Assembly: GCA_043804515.1 (NCBI GenBank)
Contig: JAZDIZ010000154.1
Span: 1 to 23,230 of the forward strand
DNA from: Pseudomonadota bacterium
GTDB lineage: Bacteria > Bdellovibrionota_G > JALEGL01 > DATDPG01
Length of the DNA stretch: 23,230 bases
Reading direction: 5' to 3'
In this document: in pieces, positions 8,359-16,415 of the stretch
Layout: each line of letters opens with the position of its first letter
How positions within the stretch are numbered: position 1 is the first letter of the stretch
Position numbers and translations under genes: made by a program
Notes under the pieces: generated by a model
What the model saw: the letters and a program-made list of their open reading frames with translations, nothing else
Told to the model about the DNA's origin: nothing
The model's database searches: none

Positions 8359-9540
8359 CTAAATCCTGGAAAGAAGCGATCCCAGGATCCCCTTTTTCTT
8401 CGCCCCCTCTTGAGGGCCCTCAATTCTAAGAATCACCATGTCGGCCAGGGAGAGAAAGGCGGACGAGTGAGGGCTCTTGGGGTCTTCCATCACCACCGGC
8501 TGCCCTTTGTCGCCGCCGGCCCGGATTTTCGGATCGATCGGGATCTCCACCAGGAAGGGGACTCCCAGCTCCTCGGCAGTTTTTCGGCCTCCTCCCTCGT
8601 CGAAGATCGGCGTTTTATGATGACAATGCGGGCACTCGAACATTGACATGTTCTCCACCACGCCGATCACGGGAACGGACACCTCGCGGAACATCGAAAG
8701 CCCGCGGCGCGCGTCGATCAGCGCAATGTCGTTCGGCGTCGTGACGATGATCGCGCCCGTGAGCGGAACCGTCTGCACGATCGTGAGCTGCGCGTCCCCT
8801 GTGCCGGGCGGCAGGTCCAGAACCAGATAATCCAGCTCGCCCCACTCGACGTCCCGGAGGAACTGTCGGACCATCTGCATCACCATCGGCCCCCGCCAGA
8901 TCACGGCCGTGTCCCCTTCCAGCAGAAACCCGATCGACATGACCCGGATCCCGTTCCGCTCCAAGGGGAGAATCTTCCGGTTCTCGGAAACCCTCGGGTG
9001 CTCGTTGAGGCCCAACATGATGGGCATCGACGGCCCGTAGACATCCGAATCGCAGAGCCCGACCTTCTTTCCCCGGTACGCCAGCGCGGCCGCCAGGTTC
9101 ACCGCGACCGTGGATTTCCCCACGCCCCCTTTTCCGCTGGCCACGGCAATAATGTTCTTCACGCCCTGGATCGGTCCCTTTTCACGCTCCGCGCGGGTTC
9201 CGGCTTGGGCTCGGCCCGCCGCAGCCCCTACCGGCGAACGGGGAGCATCGCCCCCCTGATACGTGGGAAGCGGTGTCGGGCCGGAAGCTTCCGCCTGGGT
9301 CACGATGTTCACCTGCCGTACGCCAGGGATTGCGCCGACCCGCTGTTCGATTCTTCGGTCCAGCTCCGTCTTTTGTGCGGGCGTGAGCCCGCCGAGGCCC
9401 AGCGTGATTTTTGCGATTCCGTCGCAGTATGCGACGTCCTTGAGGAGATCGAGCGCTGCGACCGTCCTCCCGTCCTGGGGTACTTCGAGCCCTTCCACCG
9501 CCGCGGCGATGGCTTCGTTTGAGACGTTCCCGTCGGCCAT
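8359..9540 (-). CDS. apbC: Mrp/ApbC (NBP35 family) Fe-S cluster carrier ATPase
   Basis: SGKGGVGKST, DVYGPS, WRGPM, DLPPGTGD and ENMSxFxCPHC motifs; N-terminal DUF59-like domain. Confidence 0.95.
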   Translation of the reverse strand: MADGNVSNEAIAAAVEGLEVPQDGRTVAALDLLKDVAYCDGIAKITLGLGGLTPAQKTELDRRIEQRVGAIPGVRQVNIVTQAEASGPTPLPTYQGGDAPRSPVGAAAGRAQAGTRAEREKGPIQGVKNIIAVASGKGGVGKSTVAVNLAAALAYRGKKVGLCDSDVYGPSMPIMLGLNEHPRVSENRKILPLERNGIRVMSIGFLLEGDTAVIWRGPMVMQMVRQFLRDVEWGELDYLVLDLPPGTGDAQLTIVQTVPLTGAIIVTTPNDIALIDARRGLSMFREVSVPVIGVVENMSMFECPHCHHKTPIFDEGGGRKTAEELGVPFLVEIPIDPKIRAGGDKGQPVVMEDPKSPHSSAFLSLADMVILRIEGPQEGAKKKGILGSLLSRI

Positions 9541-9547
9541 GAGGGTG

Positions 9548-11149
9548 TTACTTACCTAGAATTCGCTGGGCAAACAATACCAGCCAATGCGGTTTGCGCG
9601 TCCGGCTGGCCATCGCCGCCTCCATCCCGGCCACCAGGCTCTTTGGAGTTTGTTGCGTCACCATCTGGGCGTACGTCTTTTCGCCCGTGCCCAGGTCGGT
9701 GGCTTGGACTCGGAGCAGGCATTGCGGGGAAAGATCGAAGCGCATTTCCAGTTTCCGGCTTCCCCTTTTCTGCCTTGGGGGAGAAGGGAAACAGAACGTT
9801 CCGAGATACTCGTTCTCCAAAACGTTCTTGCTTTCCCCTTGGTAAATGTCGATCTCGATCGACTTCTCGTCCGCCGTCAGTTTGTAGGTTTTCGAAGCGG
9901 GGAGCGGCGTGTTTCTTCTCAGGATCGCCTTGAACTTTCCGGAGGGGAGAGCGACGCCGATCGGGATCGCCAGAACATCGCTTAAGCGCACGTCCGCGTG
10001 TTTCGCCACGGAATCCGCCAGAATCGCCGCGCCCAGCGCCACCACCTCGTCCGGATGGACCCCTTTACGCGGAGGCTTCCCGAAGAATTCCGCGATCCGG
10101 CTTTGCACGAGAGGCATCCGGGTCTGCCCTCCCACCAGCAGGATCTCGTCCAGATCCTTGGTTTTCATCGGAATCGAAGCCAGAACCTCCCCGCATGTTT
10201 CGATGGTGCGCTCCACAAGATCCGAGGTGAGATTGACGAGCTGCTCCCGGGTCAGCTTCATTTTGAGATCGACCGGCGCTCTGTCGACCTCGGTAATGTA
10301 GGGGAGTTCGATCGACGCGATCTTCTCGGTCGAAAGCTCGCGTTTGGCATGCTCCGCCGCGCTCCGCACGCGCTGCATCGCCACTTTTTCCCCTGTGAGA
10401 TCCTTCCCGGTGGCTTGGTTGAATTTCTCGACCATGTGCTCCGTAATCCGGGTGTCGAAGTCGACGCCCCCCAGAAACGTGTTTCCACCCGTGGCCAGGA
10501 CCGTGAAACTGTTCGCCCTCACCTTCAGGATCGAGATGTCCAGCGTGCCGCCTCCCAGGTCGTACACCAGAATCTTTTGCTCCAACCCTTTGTTGTACCC
10601 GTACGCTATGGCGGCCGCCGTCGGCTCGTTCACGATCCCCTCCACCGTGAATCCCGCTCTTTTCCCCGCCTCGACGACCGCCTGGCGCTGGTTGTCGTTG
10701 TAATAGGCCGGGACCGTGATAATCGCGCGGTGGATCTCCGTTCCCAGCCGGCCTTGCGCCATCTCTTTCACCTCGCCGAGAATGTGCGAGGAGATCTCCG
10801 TCATGCTCCGCATCTTTCCCCCCAGGATGACGGCGGCTTCGGAGTTCGGGCCCTCGACGATGGGATACGTCATGGCACCCAGCATCTTCTGGACAAGGAT
10901 CGAATTGAACTTGCGCCCGATCAAACGTTTGGAACCGAAGATGGTCTGGGTGGGATTGATCACGATCTGGTCCAGCGCGGGTTGCCCCACGATGATCCCC
11001 CCTGTTTTGTCCAAAGCCACCACCGAAGGCACCGTGAGGTAGCCCTGTTCGGAGGGAATGACGTGAGGCCGGCCCTCGCGGACAACCGCCGCGCAGGAAT
11101 AGGTGGTGCCCAGGTCGATGCCGATGACAATGTCGTCTTGGACGGCCAT
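9548..11149 (-). CDS. Hsp70/DnaK-like protein, short atypical paralog lacking the helical lid
   Basis: GIDLGTTYS, TVPAYYND, NEPTAAA, DLGGGTLD, GGVDFD and VGGQTRMP motifs. Only 533 aa, ending shortly after the SBD-beta; no grpE or dnaJ nearby. Confidence 0.92.
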   Translation of the reverse strand: MAVQDDIVIGIDLGTTYSCAAVVREGRPHVIPSEQGYLTVPSVVALDKTGGIIVGQPALDQIVINPTQTIFGSKRLIGRKFNSILVQKMLGAMTYPIVEGPNSEAAVILGGKMRSMTEISSHILGEVKEMAQGRLGTEIHRAIITVPAYYNDNQRQAVVEAGKRAGFTVEGIVNEPTAAAIAYGYNKGLEQKILVYDLGGGTLDISILKVRANSFTVLATGGNTFLGGVDFDTRITEHMVEKFNQATGKDLTGEKVAMQRVRSAAEHAKRELSTEKIASIELPYITEVDRAPVDLKMKLTREQLVNLTSDLVERTIETCGEVLASIPMKTKDLDEILLVGGQTRMPLVQSRIAEFFGKPPRKGVHPDEVVALGAAILADSVAKHADVRLSDVLAIPIGVALPSGKFKAILRRNTPLPASKTYKLTADEKSIEIDIYQGESKNVLENEYLGTFCFPSPPRQKRGSRKLEMRFDLSPQCLLRVQATDLGTGEKTYAQMVTQQTPKSLVAGMEAAMASRTRKPHWLVLFAQRILGK

Positions 11150-11173
11150 TTCAGGTAAGTAGCCTACAATAGC

Positions 11174-13036
11174 ATGAAATTATTCATAATTTTAATGCTG
11201 CTTGGACTCGCGCTCCTGGCGTTCGGGGCCGGTCTTTCAAACCCGTTCCTCTTCGACGACCAGGTCGTCATCGTGAAGAACGAATGGCTTCGGTGGATGT
11301 ACCTTCCGAATTTTTTCCGCTCCTTCATTCAAGATTCCTCGCTAGGATTCCCGGGATACCGCCCGCTCGTGATGGCTTCCTTTCTCGTCCAGCGGGAAAT
11401 CTTCGGTGCAGCCCCCCTTTCCTTCCGCCTGGTCAACCTCTTCCTCCACGTCGTGGCGTCGTTTCTCATCTTCCTCCTGGCCCGGGACTTTTTCCACCGC
11501 TGGATGAAGCGGGATCTTCCGCTTCCGGCTTTTTGCGTGGCCGCGCTGTTCCTGCTCCACCCCGTTCAGACGAACGTCGTCACGCTTGTCTGGAAGCGCA
11601 CCGACCTCCTGGTGTCTTTGGGCCTCCTCGGCGCCTTTTTTTGCGCCGGCCGTTGGGTGGAACGGAAGGGGAGCTCGGCTTGGCTCCTGGGCGCTTATCT
11701 TTCTTCGGCCCTGGCACTTCTCTCGAAAGAAAGCGCCATGATCCTCCCGTTCCTGATTTTACTGGGGGACGCGGCGATCTGGAGGAACGGCCGCTCGCTC
11801 TCCAGCAGGCTGCTTGCGCTGTATGCTCCCACAATTCTGCTCTCCCTCTTTCTCGCCTGGCTCGTTTTCCTTGAAATGCCCTTTCGGCTCCACGGGGTCC
11901 TGCACATAACCCAATCTTTCGCTCCGCCCTCCCAGCTCTTGAACCGACACGACTACCTCCTCACGCAATCCGTATGCTTCCTTGAATATTTGAAACTTCT
12001 TTTCGTTCCCGCAGCTTTGAACGTTTTTCACCACGTCACCCCGGTGCGTGGTTTCGGCGACCTCCGATTCTTTCCGGGCCTGATGATTCTGGGCCTCTTC
12101 ATCTGGGCGTTGGTGCGTTCCCGCGCGAATCACCCCTGGATCGCGTTCTCAATCGCGTGGTTCCTTCTTACACTACTGCCCTCCTCAAGCCTGGTCCCTC
12201 TCCAGCTTTCCTTCGACGAGGATCGGCTTTATCTCCCGATGTTCGGTTTCTCCCTCGGCCTGATCGGCGCGGGATGGCGGCTTTACGCGGACACGGAGGG
12301 GAAGGCCAGGGCCCGAATCCGGCGGCTTCTCCTTTGGGTTCCGATCGTAATGTGCCTTCTCTACCTCCCTCTCGATATTCTCCGAATGAGGGTCTGGGCC
12401 GACGACCTGCGGCTTTGGCGGATGAACGCCCGCGACGAGCCGCAGGACGCGCGCGCGTGGGTCAACCTCGGGATCGCCTGGGGAAATCACGGGCAGTTCC
12501 GGGAGTCGGTTGCGGCCTACCGGACGGCGCTGACGCTGGAGCCTGACTACGGCGCCGCACACTACTTTTTCGGCCGTACGCTTCTGGATTTCGGCCGGAA
12601 CACCCAGGCCCGGGACGAGCTGGGTCTTGCATTCCGAGCCGGCGTGTTTCCGCACGATGTTCTCGGTTCGCTGGCCCTTACCTCCCTCGCGGATCACGAC
12701 GCCGGCGCCGCGGCGCGCTCTTTCCTCTGGAGTCTCCGCATCGTCCCCAACCAAGCCATGAACCTGAGAAACCTCGGAAAGCTTCTGGATGACGAGGGGC
12801 AAGGGACGGCCGCCAAGGCGGCTCTGGCGCGGGCTACGGCCGCGGAGCCGTGGAATCCGGAGAACAAGGTCCGGCTCGCGTATCTGTTATGGAAATACGA
12901 TCGCCAGAGTGTACTTGCCTCGGATCTCCTGCGCGACGCACTACGGGCGAGACCGGAAGATGCCCAGGCACAAACCCTTCTGGAGGAGATCCGGAAGGCC
13001 CCCCGACAACTTGATCGATCCGGCCGGAACCTGTAA
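11174..13036 (+). CDS. TMTC-like GT-C glycosyltransferase with C-terminal TPRs (putative protein O-mannosyltransferase-like)
   Basis: FLFDD, YRPL, LHPVQT, SKESA, DRLYLP and WxDDxxLW motifs; about 10 TM helices followed by TPR repeats. The start could be 11195. Confidence 0.85.
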   Translation: MKLFIILMLLGLALLAFGAGLSNPFLFDDQVVIVKNEWLRWMYLPNFFRSFIQDSSLGFPGYRPLVMASFLVQREIFGAAPLSFRLVNLFLHVVASFLIFLLARDFFHRWMKRDLPLPAFCVAALFLLHPVQTNVVTLVWKRTDLLVSLGLLGAFFCAGRWVERKGSSAWLLGAYLSSALALLSKESAMILPFLILLGDAAIWRNGRSLSSRLLALYAPTILLSLFLAWLVFLEMPFRLHGVLHITQSFAPPSQLLNRHDYLLTQSVCFLEYLKLLFVPAALNVFHHVTPVRGFGDLRFFPGLMILGLFIWALVRSRANHPWIAFSIAWFLLTLLPSSSLVPLQLSFDEDRLYLPMFGFSLGLIGAGWRLYADTEGKARARIRRLLLWVPIVMCLLYLPLDILRMRVWADDLRLWRMNARDEPQDARAWVNLGIAWGNHGQFRESVAAYRTALTLEPDYGAAHYFFGRTLLDFGRNTQARDELGLAFRAGVFPHDVLGSLALTSLADHDAGAAARSFLWSLRIVPNQAMNLRNLGKLLDDEGQGTAAKAALARATAAEPWNPENKVRLAYLLWKYDRQSVLASDLLRDALRARPEDAQAQTLLEEIRKAPRQLDRSGRNL

Positions 13037-13058
13037 CAAGAATCTGCCTTTTGGGTCT

Positions 13059-13145
13059 GCGGATGTGGCGAAATTGGTAGACGCACTAGATTCAGGGTCT
13101 AGCGCCCGCAAGGGTGTGGAGGTTCGAGTCCTCTCATCCGCACCA
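13059..13145 (+). tRNA. tRNA-Leu(CAG)
   Basis: Acceptor stem GCGGATG/CATCCGC, D-loop AATTGGTAGAC, anticodon arm CTAGA-TTCAGGG-TCTAG, long variable arm, T-loop GTTCGAGT and an encoded CCA. Confidence 0.97.
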
Positions 13146-13385
13146 GCCTTCCATGAGTAACACACGCTGAAGCCTGGGGCGGCTATCATAAATACGAGCG
13201 CGAGCCGGCGAGCGCGACGTTTTGGGTCCGCGAACGCGGAACAATATTAAAGTGCGACGAACCGGCACCGCGCGAAGCGTGGTGGTGAGTCGCCTCCTTA
13301 AAACGGGCGAGACGAAGCGTCGCCCGTCTCAGCGGAGAGGACGCGGAAGCTGCGCCTCCAGCATTACAGGCCGAGTCCTCTCATC
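13125..13385 (+). mobile_element. Putative miniature integrated element or island scar bounded by a 14-bp att-like direct repeat of the tRNA 3' region
   Basis: CGAGTCCTCTCATC occurs at 13125-13138 (T-loop/acceptor of the tRNA) and exactly again at 13372-13385. The interval is non-coding and hairpin-rich; no integrase in the window. Confidence 0.55.
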
Positions 13386-13441
13386 TTGTCTTTCCCATCG
13401 AAGCCTGCTCTATTTCACCCAACCCTATCGGAGGAATCAGC

Positions 13442-13801
13442 ATGCGAAAGAAAAGAACGATTGGACTGGCGGCGTTTGTAACTCTCTTGCTGAGTTCCTT
13501 CCCGCTTTCGGCCGAAACGATCTCTTGGGAAGATGCAGCCAAGTATGTCGGGAAGGAAGTGACGGTTACCGGGACGATCGTGGCCGCCAACAATACGGGG
13601 AAGGTCTGCTTCTTGAACTTCGACAAGGATTACAAGAAGAGCCTGTCCGTGGTGATCTTCGCCGGTAATTTTTCCAAGTTTCCCCCTGATCCGGAAGGTT
13701 ATTACCTCAATAAGATCGTCGAGGTCACGGGCCTGATCAAAGACCACAACGGGACGCCAGAAATTATCATCAGCGGCCCCGATCGAATCCGGATCAAGTA
13801 A
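13442..13801 (+). CDS. Small secreted OB-fold-like protein, copy 1
   Basis: SD GGAGG; signal peptide; AAKYVGKEVTVTGTIV...FLNF...VVIF...VEVTGLI...PEIII pattern of single OB-fold proteins. Confidence 0.82.
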   Translation: MRKKRTIGLAAFVTLLLSSFPLSAETISWEDAAKYVGKEVTVTGTIVAANNTGKVCFLNFDKDYKKSLSVVIFAGNFSKFPPDPEGYYLNKIVEVTGLIKDHNGTPEIIISGPDRIRIK

Positions 13802-13825
13802 TCGAACCCCATCGGAGGAATCGGC

Positions 13826-14185
13826 ATGAGAAAGACAAAGGCGATCGGACTGGCGGTGTTTGCAGCTCTTTTGCTGCGTCCATTTGCGCTTCTGGCTGAA
13901 ACGATCTCTTGGGAGGACGGGGCCAAGTATATCGGGAAGGACGTGACGGCGACCGGAACGATCGTGGCCGCCCGCAATACGGGGAAGGTCTGCTTCTTGA
14001 ACTTCGACAAGGATTACAAAAAGAACCTGTCCGTAGTGATCTTCGCCACTAATTTTTCGAAGTTTCCGCGGAGTCCGGAACGTTATTACAACAACAAGTT
14101 CGTCGAGGTCACCGGCCTGATTATAGAGGCCAACGGTGCGCCCGAAATTATCATCAGCCGCCCCGATCAAATCCGGATCAAGTAA
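13826..14185 (+). CDS. Small secreted OB-fold-like protein, copy 2 (tandem paralog)
   Basis: Same length (119 aa); about 28 substitutions versus copy 1 by manual count (~76% identity); the upstream SD region is duplicated as well. Confidence 0.82.
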   Translation: MRKTKAIGLAVFAALLLRPFALLAETISWEDGAKYIGKDVTATGTIVAARNTGKVCFLNFDKDYKKNLSVVIFATNFSKFPRSPERYYNNKFVEVTGLIIEANGAPEIIISRPDQIRIK

Positions 14186-14194
14186 TCCGGCTTG

Positions 14195-14252
14195 CCTCGC
14201 CGCAGCTTAAATTCCGCTGAAGCTTTAGCGAAAGCGAACAGCGAAGGCGGGC
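14195..14252. repeat. REP-like palindromic element (CCGCCGAAGC...GCGAAGGCGG type), apparently nested
   Basis: An outer CCTCGCCGCAGCT...AGCGAAGGCGGG encloses an inner TCCGCTGAAGCTTTAGCGAAAGCGA; related sequence at 15440-15566. Confidence 0.55.
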
Positions 14253-14302
14253 GGGCGAAGTCGCCCTTGCGGGCTACCCCCGTTTGTGCCTAAGAACAAC
14301 CT

Positions 14303-15439
14303 GTGCCACGCCGGAGTGGGGCTCCGAAAACTCATAAAGGCACATCGAAAACACCGCCGTCCACCGGCGCCGTGCCTAAGGTCGATTCCCAAAGCGGTCT
14401 ATTTCTAGACTCGATCGTCGAAAACATCCCGGACATGATCTTCGTGAAGGACGCGAAAGACCTGAAATTCGTCCGTTTCAACAAGGCCGGAGAGGAGCTT
14501 CTGGGTTACAAACGCGGGGACCTGCTCGGAAAGACCGACTACGATTTCTTTCCCAAGGAGGAGGCTGATTTTTTCACCAAGAAGGATCGGGAGGTCCTGG
14601 CGCTGGGTAGCGTTGTCGACATCCCCGAGGAGCCGATCGAAACGCGCCTGAGAGGCGTGCGCGTTCTCCACACGAAGAAAATCCCGATCCTGGATTCCAA
14701 GGGAACGCCCACGCACCTCCTGGGGATTTCCGAGGACATTACGGAGAAGAAGAGGCTTCAAGCGGAGATCGCGGAGAATTCCAAGATGGCGGCGGTCGGT
14801 CGGATGGCGGCCGGCATCGCCCACGAGATCCGGAACCCTCTTTTTGGGATCTCCACGGTGGCGCAGATTCTGATTGCCGAGGCCGGCGACAAACCGGAAA
14901 TCCGGGAGCTGGCTCGAAGCATGCTGGACGAGATCGAGCGCGTGAAAAATCTCCTTACCGACCTTCTTCTTTATTCAAAACGCCGGCAGCTCATGTATTC
15001 GGCCATCCGGCCGAAGTGTCTTTGCGAGGAGATCTTCAAACTCCACGAACACACGCTCTCCTTAAAGGGACTGAAGGTGCTGAGTTGTTATTCCCCCGAA
15101 GAAGCGGAGGTGCGGATTGACGTGGACCAGATGCGGCAAGTCCTCCACAATCTCTGCCTGAACGCCCTCCACGCCGCGTCCCAGGATTCCACGATCGAAA
15201 TTGACAGCCGCGTCGAGCTCAAACCCCGGCGATGGATCTTCCGGGTCACGAACTGGGGTGACCTGATCCCTCCGGAAACCTTGCCCTATGTCTTCGAACC
15301 GTTCTTCACCACGCGATCGGAAGGAACCGGTCTCGGGTTGGCCATCTCCCGCGGAATCATCGAGGACCACGGCGGAAACCTCTCCGCCCAGAGCGATCCG
15401 CGGAACGGCACGTCGTTCAGTTTCTCCGTCCCGTTCTGA
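14303..15439 (+). CDS. Cytoplasmic PAS-domain sensor histidine kinase (orphan in this window)
   Basis: PAS/PAC (ENIPDMIFVKD...GKTDYDFF...LLGISEDITE), H-box IAHEIRNPL, N-box NLCLNA, F-box FEPFFTT and G2 GTGLGLAIS; no TM segment. The start codon is uncertain. Confidence 0.93.
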   Translation: MPRRSGAPKTHKGTSKTPPSTGAVPKVDSQSGLFLDSIVENIPDMIFVKDAKDLKFVRFNKAGEELLGYKRGDLLGKTDYDFFPKEEADFFTKKDREVLALGSVVDIPEEPIETRLRGVRVLHTKKIPILDSKGTPTHLLGISEDITEKKRLQAEIAENSKMAAVGRMAAGIAHEIRNPLFGISTVAQILIAEAGDKPEIRELARSMLDEIERVKNLLTDLLLYSKRRQLMYSAIRPKCLCEEIFKLHEHTLSLKGLKVLSCYSPEEAEVRIDVDQMRQVLHNLCLNALHAASQDSTIEIDSRVELKPRRWIFRVTNWGDLIPPETLPYVFEPFFTTRSEGTGLGLAISRGIIEDHGGNLSAQSDPRNGTSFSFSVPF

Positions 15440-15566
15440 CCAGCCTTCGCTGAGTGAAACGAAGCGAAGGCTGTCTCGCCTAAGCCCTTCTTACGCCGCA
15501 AGTCTGTGATTCTCCGTAGAGCTACGGCTTGGCAAGCTATTCTCGAACCATTTCGGCGAAGGCGGA
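15440..15566. repeat. Cluster of REP-like palindromes
   Basis: Hairpin CAGCCTTCGCT...AGCGAAGGCTG (15441-15473), then TCTCGCCTAAGCC...GGCGAAGGCGGA interrupted by a segment containing GCTACGGCTTGGCAAGC. Confidence 0.55.
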
Positions 15567-15606
15567 TAAAAGAAAAGCGCAGAATCCCTTTCGAGACCTG
15601 CGCTTT
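15567..15606 (-). terminator. Rho-independent terminator of the RRM gene
   Basis: On the minus strand, AAAGCGCAGGTCTC-GAAA-GGGATTCTGCGCTTT is followed by TCTTTT, about 25 nt after the stop. Confidence 0.75.
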
Positions 15607-15631
15607 CCAAGCTTAAAGCTCGTGACGCTGA

Positions 15632-16000
15632 CTACCAGCGAGGGCCTTTGGGGCCTCGGCCGCGAGAGCCGCCGCCGCCACCACCACCGCCGCCACCACT
15701 GGGTCGGTCGCCACGGAAACCGCCGCGTCCGCCGCCACCGCCGCTGCGATTCTGCTCCCGTGCCTCGTTCACGACGAGGGCCCGGCCTTCGTACTCTTTT
15801 CCATTGAGCGCTTCGATCGCCTTGTTGGCTTCCTCAGGGCTCCCGAACTCCACAAAACCGAAGCCTCGGGACCGTCCGGTTCCCGGCTCCGTGATAACCT
15901 GAGCCGAAACGACGTTTCTTCCGTCCGCTCCGAACATTTGCCGAAGAGCATCGTCGTTGGCACTAAAGGGGAGATTCCCCACATACACTCTAGAATTCAC
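15632..16000 (-). CDS. RRM (RNP-1) RNA-binding protein with Gly/Arg-rich tail
   Basis: RNP2 VYVGNL, RNP1 RGFGFVEF, LVVNEAR and a glycine-rich C-terminus. GTG 16000 is 9 nt from AGGAG; TTG 16006 is the alternative start. Confidence 0.95.
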   Translation of the reverse strand: MNSRVYVGNLPFSANDDALRQMFGADGRNVVSAQVITEPGTGRSRGFGFVEFGSPEEANKAIEALNGKEYEGRALVVNEAREQNRSGGGGGRGGFRGDRPSGGGGGGGGGGSRGRGPKGPRW

Positions 16001-16113
16001 TGTCAAACACTCCTACCCGATTTGCGTGTTTTCTTATCCTTGATTGGGAGCACGTCACTCAGCGATGAAATCAGGCGAAACTCGATAAAGGCGGGCTAAC
16101 CAAACCAGGCCGG

Positions 16114-16142
16114 CTTATATGCTGTCACGACGTTCTTGTCCA
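16114..16142 (-). promoter_or_regulatory. Putative sigma70 promoter of the RRM gene
   Basis: TGGACA-17 nt-TATAAG on the minus strand, implying a 5' UTR of about 105 nt. Confidence 0.45.
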
Positions 16143-16147
16143 GGGGT

Positions 16148-16156
16148 TGTGGATAA
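16148..16156 (-). promoter_or_regulatory. Perfect DnaA box (TTATCCACA)
   Basis: TGTGGATAA on the + strand; a second consensus match TTTTCCACA at 16334-16342 lies in the same intergenic region. Confidence 0.45.
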
Positions 16157-16381
16157 CGAGGCCGCCTGCAGCCGCTGAGCCGCCAAAGCTTCTTCAACGG
16201 TTCTCTTCCTTTTCTTAGGAAAGCCTGGTCGACGTATGGCGACATATATCGTCATCTCGTCCACACCTGGGGATATCGCTTTTTTCAATTAAATCGACTG
16301 GTTGGCCGGCTCCCTGCTCCGAGAGCCCGGACATTTTCCACACCCCGGAACGTTCGTTCCGGCGTTTTCGGAAGACCGAAA

Positions 16382-16410
16382 TGCTATACTGGCATCAGTA
16401 GCCTTGGAGG
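16382..16410 (+). promoter_or_regulatory. Extended -10 promoter (TGnTATACT) and SD (GGAGG) for the PilZ gene
   Basis: TGCTATACT at 16382-16390 and GGAGG at 16406-16410 ahead of GTG 16416. Confidence 0.5.
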
Positions 16411-16415
16411 CACTT

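Larger units (their letters stand above)
13421..14188 (+). repeat. Tandem direct duplication with a 384-bp period (SD plus gene)
   Basis: AACCCTATCGGAGGAATCAGCATG versus AACCCCATCGGAGGAATCGGCATG; both units end ATCCGGATCAAGTAATC. Confidence 0.9.

Noticed and set aside
9548..11149. Calling this the canonical dnaK or hscA
   Set aside because: It is too short, lacks the lid, has a non-canonical linker, and has no grpE/dnaJ or isc/hscB context.
9998..11158. 386-aa ORF antisense to the Hsp70 gene
   Set aside because: Long antisense frames opposite dnaK-family genes are a well-known codon-bias artefact.
13146..13440. c-di-GMP riboswitch, or the 148-aa ORF 13222-13668, downstream of the tRNA
   Set aside because: GGACGCGGAAGC only loosely resembles the GEMM motif and the P1/GCAAA elements are absent. 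The ORF overlaps the OB-fold gene out of frame and has no motifs.
15660..15745. GCC/ACC trinucleotide repeats
   Set aside because: They encode the glycine-rich tail of the RRM protein.
16001..16415. Chromosomal oriC
   Set aside because: Only two consensus DnaA boxes, and no dnaA/dnaN/gidA context or clear DUE/DnaA-trio array.
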